64,000 nucleotides of DNA from positions 3,648,001-3,712,000 of the forward strand of contig CBDCJH010000002.1 in the NCBI GenBank assembly GCA_965217775.1. Direction: 5' to 3'. Positions 10,207 through 19,869 of the stretch are shown piece by piece. Both the position numbers and the translations under genes were made by a program. The stretch comes from Acidobacteriota bacterium (GTDB taxonomy: Bacteria; Acidobacteriota; UBA6911; RPQK01; JAJDTT01). Each line of letters starts with the position of its first letter. Within the stretch, counting starts at the first letter, position 1. The notes below the pieces were generated by a model. That model was given only the letters and a program-made list of their open reading frames with translations. It did not search any database and was not told the origin of the DNA.

Positions 10207-13200
10207 CTAACGACCGACTGACACTATGCTGGAGCAGTTGTTTGCGGTATCGGATTCACCGGGCACCGGGTCGACACACGCCCCGTAGTGGTACGTCCCC
10301 GGACTCGACGGCGTCGTCACTCTGATCCACTCGAAACTCGTTTCCGAGGCGTCGAGAATTCCCACGGAGTCCGTACCGACTGCCGTATCCTCCGCTGAGA
10401 TCGTCAGGTCTGTCGAGCGATAGTACCGTAGCGTCGTAGAGGACGACCTGCCGGTACCCTGGTTGCGGACCGTCGCACTCAGGAAAAAAGGAGAAGCCTG
10501 GACGGCCGGAGGGCGCCAGGAGCCCTCAAAAGGATCCACCACCAAGTCAGGTGCGCCAACTGTGACTTCCACCGCACTGGAGCAGTTGTTTGCGGTGTCG
10601 GATTCATCGGTCACCGTGTCGACACACGCCCCATAGTAGTATGTCCCCACAGTCGACGGGGCCGTCAATCGGATCGACTCGTTGCTGGTTCCCGAGGCGG
10701 CAAGAATTTCCACGAAGTCCGTACCGACTTCCGTATCATACGCTGAGATCGTCGCGTCCAACGAGCGATAGTACCGTAGCGTCGTAATGGACGCCGAGCT
10801 GCCGGTACCCTGGTTGCGGACCGTCGCACTCAGGTCAAAAGAATTCCCGACGACCGGACTGCTGTCGCTGACCCTAGGCGATTCCACCACCAGGTCAGGT
10901 AGACCGTGAACTGTGACTATCACCGCGCCGGAGCAATTGTTTCCGGTCTCGGACTCATCGGGAACCGTGTCGACACACGCCCCGTAGTAGTACCTCCCCG
11001 GACTCGAGGGGGCCGTCAATCGGATCGACTCGTTGCTGGTTTCCGAGGCGTCTAGAATTCCCACAAAGTCCGTACCGACTTCCGTATCGAACGCTGAGAT
11101 CGTCGCGTCTGTCGAGCGATAGTACCGTAGCACCGAGGACGGCGAGCTGGCGGTGCCCTGGTTGCGGACCGTCGCTCTCAGGTCAAGAGAATTCCCGACG
11201 ACCGGATTGTTGTCGCTGACATTCAGCGATGACACCACTAGGTCAGGTGCACCGCGAACTGTGACTTCCACCGCGCTGGAGCAGTTGTTTCCGGTATCGG
11301 ATTCATCGGACACCGTGTCGACGCACGCCCCGTAGTAGTATGTCCCCGGACTCGAGGGGGCCGTCAATCGGATCGACTCGTTGCTGGTTTCCGAGGCGTC
11401 TAGAAATCCCACGAGGTCCGTACCGACTGCCGTATCCCCCGCTGAGATCGTCGCGTCTGTCGAGCGATAGTACCGTAGCGTCGTAAAGGACGACGACCTG
11501 CCGGTGCCCCGGTTGCGGACCGTCGCACTCAGGCGAAAAGAATCCCCGGCCGCCGGACTGCTGTCGCTGACCGTCGGCGATTCCACCAGCAGGTCAGGTC
11601 CAGGAGCAGCGCCAACTGTGACTTCCACCGCACTGGAGCAGTTGTTTGCGGTGTCGGACTCATCGGACACCATGTCGACACACGCCCCGTAGTAGTATGT
11701 CCCCGCACTCGACGGGGCCGTCAATCGGATCGACTCGTTGCTGGTTCCCGAGGCGGCAAGAAATCCCACGGAGTCCGTACCGACTTCCGTATCGATCGCT
11801 GAGATCGTCGCGTTTGTCGAGCGATAGTACCGTAGCGTCGTAGAGGACGACCTGCCGGCGCCCTGGTTGCGGACCGTCGCACTCAACGTGAAGGATTGCC
11901 CGGCGGTCGGACTGCTGTCGCTGACCGTCGGCGATTCCACCACCAGGTCAGGTGCGCTAACTGTGACTTCCACCGCGCTGGAGCAGTTGTTTGCGGTGTC
12001 GGACTCATCGGACACCGTGTCGACACACGCCCCGTAGTAGTATGTCCCCGCACTCGACGGGGCCGTCAATCGGATCGACTCGTTGCTGGTTCCCGAGGCG
12101 GCAAGAATTCCCACGGAGTCCGTACCGACTTCCGTATCAATCGCTGAGATCGTCGCGTCTGTCGAGCGATAGTACCGTAGCGTCGTAAAGGACGACGACC
12201 TGCCGGTGCCCTGGTTGCGGACCGTCGCACTCAGGTCAAAAGAATTCCCGGCGGTCGGACTACTGTCGCTGACCGTCGGCGATTCCACCACCAGATCAGG
12301 TGCAGGAGCAGCGCCAACTATGACTTCCACCGCGCTGGAGCAGTTGTTTGCGGTATCGGATTCATCGGATACCGTGTCGACACACGCCCCGTAGTAGTAT
12401 GTCCCCGCACTCGACGGGGCCGTCAATCGGATCGACTCGTCGCTGGTTCCCGAGGCGGCAAGAATTCCCACGAAGTCCCTCGTTCCGACTTCCGTATCGC
12501 TGGTCCCGATCGTCGCGTCGGCAGAGCGGTAGTAGTGCAGAAATACCGATGAGGTCGCGTCGCCGGCGCCCTGGTTGCGGACCGTCGCACTCAACCTGAA
12601 CGATTGCCCGGCCGCCGGACTACTGTTGCTGACCGTCGGCGATTCCACCACCAGGTCAGGTGCAGGAGCAGCGCCAACCGTGACTGCCACCGCGCTGGAG
12701 CAGTTGTTTGCAGTGTCGGACTCATTGGGCACCGTGTCGACGCACGCCCCGTAGTAGTACCTCCCCGGATTCGACGGCGCCGTCAATCGGATCGACTCCT
12801 CGCTGGTTTCCGAGGCGTCAAGATACCCCACGTAGTCCCTCGTTCCGACTTCCGTATCGCTGGTCCCGATCGTCACGTCGGCAGAGCGGTAGTAGTGCAG
12901 ATATGTCGATGAGGTCGCGTCGCCGGCGCCCTGGTTGCGGACCGTCGCACTCAACGTGAACGTTTGCCCGGCCGCCGGACTCCTCTCGCTGACCGTCGGC
13001 GATTCCACCACCAGGTCAGGTGCAGGAGCAGCGCCAACCGTGACTGCCACCGCGCTGGAGCAGTTGTTTGCGGTGTCGGACTCATCGGGCACCGTGTCGA
13101 CGCACGCCCCGTAGTAGTACCTCCCCGGATTCGACGGCGCCGTCAATCGGATCGACTCCTCGCTGGTTTCCGAGGCGTCAAGATACCCCACGTAGTCCCT

Positions 13201-15183
13201 CGATCCGACTTCCGTATCGCTGGTCCCGATCGTCACGTCGGCAGAGCGGTAGTAGTGCAGATATGTCGATGAGGTCGCGTCGCCGGCGCCCTGGTTGCGG
13301 ACCGTCGCACTCAACGTGAACGTTTGCCCGGCCGCCGGACTCCTCTCGCTGACCGTCGGCGATTCCACCACCAGGTCAGGTGCAGGAGCAGCGCCAACCG
13401 TGACTGCCACCGCGCTGGAGCAGTTGTTTGCGGTGTCGGACTCATCGGGCACCGTGTCGACGCACGCCCCGTAGTAGTACCTCCCCGGATTCGACGGCGC
13501 CGTCAATCGGATCGACTCCTCGCTGGTTTCCGAGGCGTCAAGATACCCCACGTAGTCCCTCGATCCGACTTCCGTATCGCTGGTCCCGATCGTCACGTCG
13601 GCAGAGCGGTAGTAGTGCAGATATGCCGATGAGGTCGCGTCGCCGGCGCCCTGGTTGCGGACCGTCGCACTCAACGTGAACGTTTGCCCGGCCGCCGGAC
13701 TACTCTCGCTGACCGTCGGCGATTCCACCACCAGGTCAGGTGCAGGAGCAGCGCCAACCGTGACTGCCACCGCGCTGGAGCAGTTGTTTGCAGTGTCGGA
13801 CTCATTGGGCACCGTGTCGACGCACGCCCCGTAGTAGTACCTCCCCGGATTCGACGGCGCCGTCAATCGGATCGACTCCTCGCTGGTTTCCGAGGCGTCA
13901 AGATACCCCACGTAGTCCCTCGATCCGACTTCCGTATCGCTGGTCCCGATCGTCACGTCGGCAGAGCGGTAGTAGTGCAGATATGTCGATGAGGTCGCGT
14001 CGCCGGCGCCCTGGTTGCGGACCGTCGCACTCAACGTGAACGTTTGCCCGGCCGCCGGACTCCTCTCGCTGACCGTCGGCGATTCCACCACCAGGTCAGG
14101 TGCAGGAGCAGCGCCAACCGTGACTTCCACCGCGCTGGAGCAGTTGTTTGCGGTGTCGGACTCATCGGGCACCGTGTCGACGCACGCCCCGTAGTAGTAC
14201 CTCCCCGGATTCGACGGCGCCGTCAATCGGATCGACTCCTCGCTGGTTTCCGAGGCGTCAAGATACCCCACGTAGTCCCTCGATCCGACTTCCGTATCGC
14301 TGGTCCCGATCGTCACGTCGGCAGAGCGGTAGTAGTGCAGATATGTCGATGAGGTCGCGTCGCCGGCGCCCTGGTTGCGGACCGTCGCACTCAACGTGAA
14401 CGTTTGCCCGGCCGCCGGACTCCTCTCGCTGACCGTCGGCGATTCCACCACCAGGTCAGGTGCAGGAGCAGCGCCAACCGTGACTTCCACCGCGCTGGAG
14501 CAGTTGTTTGCGGTGTCGGACTCATCGGGCACCGTGTCGACGCACGCCCCGTAGTAGTACCTCCCCGGATTCGACGGCGCCGTCAATCGGATCGACTCCT
14601 CGCTGGTTTCCGAGGCGTCAAGATACCCCACGTAGTCCCTCGATCCGACTTCCGTATCGCTGGTCCCGATCGTCACGTCGGCAGAGCGGTAGTAGTGCAG
14701 ATATGTCGACGAGGTCGCGTCGCCGGCGCCCTGGTTGCGGACCGTCGCACTCAACCTGAACGATTGTCCGGCCGCCGGACTGCTCTCGCTGACCGTCGGC
14801 GATTCCACCACCAGGTCAGGTGCAGGAGCAGCGCCAACCGTGACTTCCACCGCGCTGGAGCAGTTGTTTCCGGTCTCGGACTCATCGGGCACCGTGTCGA
14901 CGCACGCCCCGTAGTAGTATCTCCCCGGACTCGACGGGGCCGTCAGTCTGATCGACTCGTCGCTGGTTTCGGAGGCGCGAAGAAACCCCACGGAGTCCGT
15001 ACCGACTTCCGTATCACCGGCTGAGATCGTCGTGTCAGTCGAGCGGTAGTAGCGCAAGGTTGTGGCGACGGACTCGATTGGTCCGCGATTACGGACAGTG
15101 GCCATGAGGGTGAAGGTTGCCCCACTCTCCACGCTGGCGTCGCTTACCGCAGCAGACTCGACAACCAAGTCCAAGTCGGGCTT
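10207..15183 (-). repeat. CARDB-like tandem array with a 360-bp near-identical core at 12301-14820
   Basis: Junction CCAG(G/A)TCAGGTGCAGGAGCAGCG recurs every 360 bp from about 12291 to 14811; outer modules are more diverged. Confidence 0.96.
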
Positions 15184-18100
15184 GATTTCGTCATCATCGA
15201 TTACCGGCACCACCGGGAGAGTCGTGAAGATACCGTTGTTGAAATCCAGTTCCAAGGCTATCCCGGCGAACCTTCCCTCATCAGACGCGATGCACCTTAC
15301 TGAGCCCACGAAATTCACCGCATTCGCGTGGTCGAAGATCTCATCGATAAAATGGGCGGTTTGCCCGTTGGCCGCCAACTGGATATCTGCTTCATCCAGC
15401 ACGGAGCCCCCCCGCATCAAGTAACAGGACACCGCCATCTCTTCCGCTTCCATGTTGCGGAGAGCCACGCCAGTGTTGATTCCTCTCACTTGGCGGCGAG
15501 CCGGGAAGAGGGCGTCATTGACGGGTTCACTGGCCCCGACTCCGGCCACTGCTACATCTGGTATGTCAAAGCGCAGCACTCCGCCGATGGGCCCATCTGA
15601 CACCACTCTCACGGACCCCGTCACCAACTCACCTCGTCCGTGGGTCGAGATCGTGAACTCTGCCAGCGGCGGCAACTGCGTCCGGACCGTCAACGCTCCA
15701 TCCTCTGCGATCCGCAGATCTCTCGTGATTTCCACCACCGATTCGGGGTCAATCTGATCGCCCTCCCGATCATAAAAGTAGAGGGCGGGACGGGTCCGAT
15801 GGGGAGCTACATTCACCAACACCACATCGGAGGTAGTGGAAGAGCTATTAGCGAAATGGGCAAACTCCAGGGTAGTCTCCCTGTTTCCGCCTCCCTTCTG
15901 GTCCACGGGTACCACCGGCAGCGTCGTGAAGATTCCGTTATTGGAATCCAACTCCAAGGCTATCCCGGTAAAACGTCTCTCATCAGGCGCGATGCACCTC
16001 ACCGAGCCCACGAAATCCGACGTATTCGTGCCGGGGAAGATCTCATTGATGAACCGCGCGGCCTGCCCGTCCGCTGCCAACTGGATATCTGCGTCTTCCA
16101 GCACGGAGCCCCCCCGCATCAAGTAACAGGACACCGTCATCTCTTCCGTTTCCATGTTGCGGAGCGCCACGCCAGTGTTGATGCCTCTCGTTTGGCGGCG
16201 AGCCGGGAAGAGGGCGTCATTGACGGGTTCGCTGGCCCCGACTCCGGCCACTCCTAAATCTCGTATGTCAAAGCGCAGCACTCCGCCGATGGGTCCATCT
16301 GACACCACTCTCACGGACCCCGTCACCAACTCACCTCGTCCGTGGGTCGAGATCGTGAGTTCTCCTAGCGGCGCAATCTCCGTTCGTACCTTCAGAGCTC
16401 CATCCTCAAGCACCTCCAGATCTGCCGTGATCTCCACCACCGATTCGGCGTCAATCCGATCGCCCTCCTGATCATAAAAGTAGAGGATGGGACCGATCGG
16501 CTTGGTCGCAACGTTCAACAACACCACATCGGAGGTGATGGAAGAACTATTGGCGAAATGGGCAAACTCCAGAGCGAACTCCTCGTCGATGAACTGCCGG
16601 ATCTGAGGATAGAAAACCGAAAAGTGTGTTGCGCCACTAAAAAAAGGGCCGGACGAGCAGTCGTACACCTTTTTTTGGGGTGCGAAGCTCTGCACTCCCA
16701 CTACAGTTTCAGGTTTGCTGAAGAGGGCCGATCCGGAAGAGCCCTCCTCTACTACGCCTTGCGTGTAGCGGACGATGGCGTAGACATCGTCAGAAGTTTC
16801 AAAACGTGGGTCGGAAATGATCTGACCGAAGGAAATCCGCTTGAATTGGCCCCAGTCATCGCTCCCAGGATGGTGAATGCCCGTGACCTGCCTGCCGACA
16901 GGCTGAGGGTCCGCGTCCCAGCCTTGGAACATCACACCGTCCGACAGATCGCCTTCGAGCCGCAGCAGCGTCATATCGCCGTTGGGTTGTCCGATTTCCG
17001 AGTGCCCTGTGGTCGCGAGCAGACGCGCCCCCTCGGTACGCGGCACGCTCCGTAAGTCCGGCGGTTCTCCGTTACAGGTTCGTGTCTGGTAGAACCAGAC
17101 CGCTATCACACTACGCGCTTCCTCCTCGGTTTGAACGCAGTGGGCGGCGGTGAGAAAGTAGGGTGTGAAGTCCTGCCGGCTGTTGTTAAGCACCGTGCCC
17201 GAACAGACTGCACTGCCGCCCTCGCTCGTCTCAAAGAATATCCTCGCGACTCCAGTTGCGGAACTCGACCATTCCGAGTGGCAGGTCACATCCAGGTGAC
17301 AGTCCGCGGCGTCCGTCTCCACTGTCGCCGTGATCGTGCCCTCGGCGACGACGCCTGTATCAAGGAGAACTACCGTGACAAAGTAGGTTCCGGCTCGAAG
17401 CGGCGGGTCGGAGCGCCGTGTGATACCGATCCGCTCCTTGCTCGCGTAGTCAGAGGCGAGCCTCCCGTCCTGCACATTGTTGTCCTCGCCATAACGGACA
17501 GCCAGAGCCACATCGACATCGGGATCGGCGGACTCCAGCGTGAAGGTGACTCGGGAGGCGTCCTCGGGCACCTCCAGCCGGAACGAGTGGCCCCTGTTGA
17601 ATAGTGTCGGGGAATCAACCGGACCCAGACGGAAGTCGGCAGGCCGCCCGGGGGTGAGCGGTCCGCCGCCGATGGGCCCCGGATCCTCTCCGTCGCGTTC
17701 CACTTCCGCTGTGAGCGTGCCCTCGGCGACGACGCCCGTATCCCAGAAAACTAGCGAGACAAAGTAGGTTCCGGCTCGAAGCGGCGGGTCGGATTCGGGG
17801 GTAATGACGATCTCCTCATTACCCGTGCCTCCCCGCGAACCGTAGTCATAGACAAACCTCCCGTCCTGCAACTCGTTGTCCTCACCAAAGCGAGCATACA
17901 AACCCACGTCGACATCGGCATCGGCGGATTCCAGCGTGAGGGTGACTCGGGAGGCGTCCTCGGGCACTTCCAGCCGGTACGAATAACGCCCGTTGAATAG
18001 TATCGAGGTGTCAACCGGACCCAAACGGAAGTCGGCAGGTTGTCCGGGAGTGAGCGGTCCGCCGCTGATCGGCTCCGGATCCTCTCCGTCGCGTTCCACT

Positions 18101-19308
18101 TCCGCCGTGAGCGTGCATTCGGCGACGACGCCGGTATCATAGAGACTTACCGAGACAAAGTAGGTTCCGGCTCGAAGTGGCGGATCCGATTCGGGGGTAA
18201 TGACGATCTCCTCATTGCCCGTGAGTCCCTCTGAGACGTAGTCAGTAACAGGCCTCCCGTTCTGCACGTCGTTGTCCTCTCCATAGCGGACATACAAATC
18301 CACGTCGACATCAGGATCGGCGGATTCCAGTGTGAAGGTCACTCGGGAGGCGTTGCCGGGAACCTCCAGCCGGAATGAGTCATCCCCGGTGAATAGTGTC
18401 GAGTTGTCAACCGGACCCCTACGGAACTCGACCGGCCGCCCGGGTGTGAGCCTTCTTGCGGCTTTCGGGCGCGGCGTTTGCAGGGAGGTGAACCGCTTGA
18501 CGGACTGCATTGCCTTTGCCAGCCGCCACGGCTTCGACTGTGTTCCCACCGCAACCTCGATCGGGCCGGCGAGCAACCGCTTTTCCGATTCCCGTCTGTC
18601 GGGGCTTTCCGACGCGGTCTCCATGTCGGCTCCGAAAGCATCGTCCCAGATATGGCTGATCGCAACGATTTGAAACGGCACGGCGTCTGTTGCGGCCTCC
18701 TCATGGGGCAGATACTCGATCGTCAGGCTGTCGCCGAAGACGATGCCGCTCCAGAAGTCTCCGTCCCCGTACAGACCCGAGCCGCTGTAGGGCCCCACGA
18801 TCTGCCCGCTCGCCGAGTGGAGCCACAGACTACCCGCCCCGATGGCGAAGTCTTGAAAGTGAATGCGCATGGCGCGAGCACTGGGAGAGGTCACCCTCAG
18901 GCGCCAAAGGCGGCCGGAAGCGGTCGATTGCCACGCTCCCGTGGCGGTTGTCATGACAGTTTCACCGGAGAAGTTCAGAGTGACCACCTCCGGTGGCAAC
19001 CGACGGTGAACGCCGATGACGGGAGGCCGGCCCTGTTGCGGCTGCACACGCTGCAAATCGTCGGGCCCCAGTGGCGGTAAGACGGCCGTCGCAGGCGATA
19101 GAATACTCAGTTGAAGACTAGGCGGTCTGACCGCTGCCGCCTTCGACCGCTGTTGTTTTTCCAGAACCAGCGACCCGATCCGTTGGCCCCATCCCGACTG
19201 CGTCAGCAGAGCAAACGTCAGGACCAATAAAATTCCCAGGCGGCATAACACAGGGAAAACCATGAAACTCAACCGAGTTGTGAATTCGTCAAGCTTTCCA
19301 CTTAGCAT
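10207..19308 (-). CDS. Giant secreted trypsin-like serine protease with 14 CARDB-like repeats, paralog B
   Basis: Same N-terminal architecture as 2003..7288 (TAAHC, GDMTLL, GSSGS) followed by 14 PDLVV...YYGACVD..ES...NNCS modules. Confidence 0.9.
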   Translation of the reverse strand: MLSGKLDEFTTRLSFMVFPVLCRLGILLVLTFALLTQSGWGQRIGSLVLEKQQRSKAAAVRPPSLQLSILSPATAVLPPLGPDDLQRVQPQQGRPPVIGVHRRLPPEVVTLNFSGETVMTTATGAWQSTASGRLWRLRVTSPSARAMRIHFQDFAIGAGSLWLHSASGQIVGPYSGSGLYGDGDFWSGIVFGDSLTIEYLPHEEAATDAVPFQIVAISHIWDDAFGADMETASESPDRRESEKRLLAGPIEVAVGTQSKPWRLAKAMQSVKRFTSLQTPRPKAARRLTPGRPVEFRRGPVDNSTLFTGDDSFRLEVPGNASRVTFTLESADPDVDVDLYVRYGEDNDVQNGRPVTDYVSEGLTGNEEIVITPESDPPLRAGTYFVSVSLYDTGVVAECTLTAEVERDGEDPEPISGGPLTPGQPADFRLGPVDTSILFNGRYSYRLEVPEDASRVTLTLESADADVDVGLYARFGEDNELQDGRFVYDYGSRGGTGNEEIVITPESDPPLRAGTYFVSLVFWDTGVVAEGTLTAEVERDGEDPGPIGGGPLTPGRPADFRLGPVDSPTLFNRGHSFRLEVPEDASRVTFTLESADPDVDVALAVRYGEDNNVQDGRLASDYASKERIGITRRSDPPLRAGTYFVTVVLLDTGVVAEGTITATVETDAADCHLDVTCHSEWSSSATGVARIFFETSEGGSAVCSGTVLNNSRQDFTPYFLTAAHCVQTEEEARSVIAVWFYQTRTCNGEPPDLRSVPRTEGARLLATTGHSEIGQPNGDMTLLRLEGDLSDGVMFQGWDADPQPVGRQVTGIHHPGSDDWGQFKRISFGQIISDPRFETSDDVYAIVRYTQGVVEEGSSGSALFSKPETVVGVQSFAPQKKVYDCSSGPFFSGATHFSVFYPQIRQFIDEEFALEFAHFANSSSITSDVVLLNVATKPIGPILYFYDQEGDRIDAESVVEITADLEVLEDGALKVRTEIAPLGELTISTHGRGELVTGSVRVVSDGPIGGVLRFDIRDLGVAGVGASEPVNDALFPARRQTRGINTGVALRNMETEEMTVSCYLMRGGSVLEDADIQLAADGQAARFINEIFPGTNTSDFVGSVRCIAPDERRFTGIALELDSNNGIFTTLPVVPVDQKGGGNRETTLEFAHFANSSSTTSDVVLVNVAPHRTRPALYFYDREGDQIDPESVVEITRDLRIAEDGALTVRTQLPPLAEFTISTHGRGELVTGSVRVVSDGPIGGVLRFDIPDVAVAGVGASEPVNDALFPARRQVRGINTGVALRNMEAEEMAVSCYLMRGGSVLDEADIQLAANGQTAHFIDEIFDHANAVNFVGSVRCIASDEGRFAGIALELDFNNGIFTTLPVVPVIDDDEIKPDLDLVVESAAVSDASVESGATFTLMATVRNRGPIESVATTLRYYRSTDTTISAGDTEVGTDSVGFLRASETSDESIRLTAPSSPGRYYYGACVDTVPDESETGNNCSSAVEVTVGAAPAPDLVVESPTVSESSPAAGQSFRLSATVRNQGAGDATSSTYLHYYRSADVTIGTSDTEVGSRDYVGYLDASETSEESIRLTAPSNPGRYYYGACVDTVPDESDTANNCSSAVEVTVGAAPAPDLVVESPTVSERSPAAGQTFTLSATVRNQGAGDATSSTYLHYYRSADVTIGTSDTEVGSRDYVGYLDASETSEESIRLTAPSNPGRYYYGACVDTVPDESDTANNCSSAVEVTVGAAPAPDLVVESPTVSERSPAAGQTFTLSATVRNQGAGDATSSTYLHYYRSADVTIGTSDTEVGSRDYVGYLDASETSEESIRLTAPSNPGRYYYGACVDTVPNESDTANNCSSAVAVTVGAAPAPDLVVESPTVSESSPAAGQTFTLSATVRNQGAGDATSSAYLHYYRSADVTIGTSDTEVGSRDYVGYLDASETSEESIRLTAPSNPGRYYYGACVDTVPDESDTANNCSSAVAVTVGAAPAPDLVVESPTVSERSPAAGQTFTLSATVRNQGAGDATSSTYLHYYRSADVTIGTSDTEVGSRDYVGYLDASETSEESIRLTAPSNPGRYYYGACVDTVPDESDTANNCSSAVAVTVGAAPAPDLVVESPTVSERSPAAGQTFTLSATVRNQGAGDATSSTYLHYYRSADVTIGTSDTEVGTRDYVGYLDASETSEESIRLTAPSNPGRYYYGACVDTVPNESDTANNCSSAVAVTVGAAPAPDLVVESPTVSNSSPAAGQSFRLSATVRNQGAGDATSSVFLHYYRSADATIGTSDTEVGTRDFVGILAASGTSDESIRLTAPSSAGTYYYGACVDTVSDESDTANNCSSAVEVIVGAAPAPDLVVESPTVSDSSPTAGNSFDLSATVRNQGTGRSSSFTTLRYYRSTDATISAIDTEVGTDSVGILAASGTSNESIRLTAPSSAGTYYYGACVDTVSDESDTANNCSSAVEVTVSAPDLVVESPTVSDSSPTAGQSFTLSATVRNQGAGRSSSTTLRYYRSTNATISAIDTEVGTDSVGFLAASGTSNESIRLTAPSSAGTYYYGACVDMVSDESDTANNCSSAVEVTVGAAPGPDLLVESPTVSDSSPAAGDSFRLSATVRNRGTGRSSSFTTLRYYRSTDATISAGDTAVGTDLVGFLDASETSNESIRLTAPSSPGTYYYGACVDTVSDESDTGNNCSSAVEVTVRGAPDLVVSSLNVSDNNPVVGNSLDLRATVRNQGTASSPSSVLRYYRSTDATISAFDTEVGTDFVGILDASETSNESIRLTAPSSPGRYYYGACVDTVPDESETGNNCSGAVIVTVHGLPDLVVESPRVSDSSPVVGNSFDLSATVRNQGTGSSASITTLRYYRSLDATISAYDTEVGTDFVEILAASGTSNESIRLTAPSTVGTYYYGACVDTVTDESDTANNCSSAVEVTVGAPDLVVDPFEGSWRPPAVQASPFFLSATVRNQGTGRSSSTTLRYYRSTDLTISAEDTAVGTDSVGILDASETSFEWIRVTTPSSPGTYHYGACVDPVPGESDTANNCSSIVSVGR

Positions 19309-19819
19309 GGTTTTTCTTTCTCGCTAGGAACCTGCGCCGTGGATGATTTGTGAAACGACTCGGGCGGTTGACCTTGGCTTCGATGAACCGTGCGGTAGAA
19401 AACGTTGCGTTCACCAAGTCGGAAGAGCGCCCGCGGCTCCACAAGATCGAGGGGAAAACCGGTTCTGATCGTTGATGGCACGGTCGAAAGGCTCCCCTGA
19501 GGTCCGATGGGCGGCCATTTTTAGGAGCCAAAGGACCGTCCACTCAGCGAGCGGCCGTAGGTGAGGGCCCGGCCGGGAGGTTCGGCCTTGAACATCCCGG
19601 AAACCGTGAGGCCTTGTCGGGAAGATGCCGCCGCATCTACCGTTCCAAAACCGATCACTAATCACCTATTGCCAACACTGGCTTCACGAGCCGAACCGGC
19701 CCCCTCGGTTGTCGTTGCCCGAGTAGACCGCTATCGCTTTTCCATGAACTACTGATCCGAACGAGCCACACGACGGCGTCGTCGTGAAGGCGTGCCTGTC
19801 TTGGCACCTGTAACTCCTA

Positions 19820-19846
19820 ATGACGCCTGGGAAACGAGAACCGGAC
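19820..19846 (-). promoter_or_regulatory. Candidate ECF promoter GTCCG-N16-CGTCAT upstream of protease B
   Basis: Minus strand GTCCG gttctcgtttcccagg CGTCAT, just downstream of the kinase stop. Confidence 0.6.
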
Positions 19847-19869
19847 AGTCTCGCTACGAAAAATGTGGA

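Larger units (their letters stand above)
8375..10207 (-). mobile_element. ISKra4-family insertion sequence
   Basis: Imperfect TIRs GGTGCACGACAAAAAAGTGACG (8376-8397) and the reverse complement of CATCACTTTCGTGTCGTGCACC (10186-10207), 19 of 22 matching; two ORFs inside. Confidence 0.88.

Noticed and set aside
12301-14820. Regular periodicity suggestive of a CRISPR array
   Set aside because: Period is 360 bp, fully in frame inside a CDS, with no unique spacers and no cas genes
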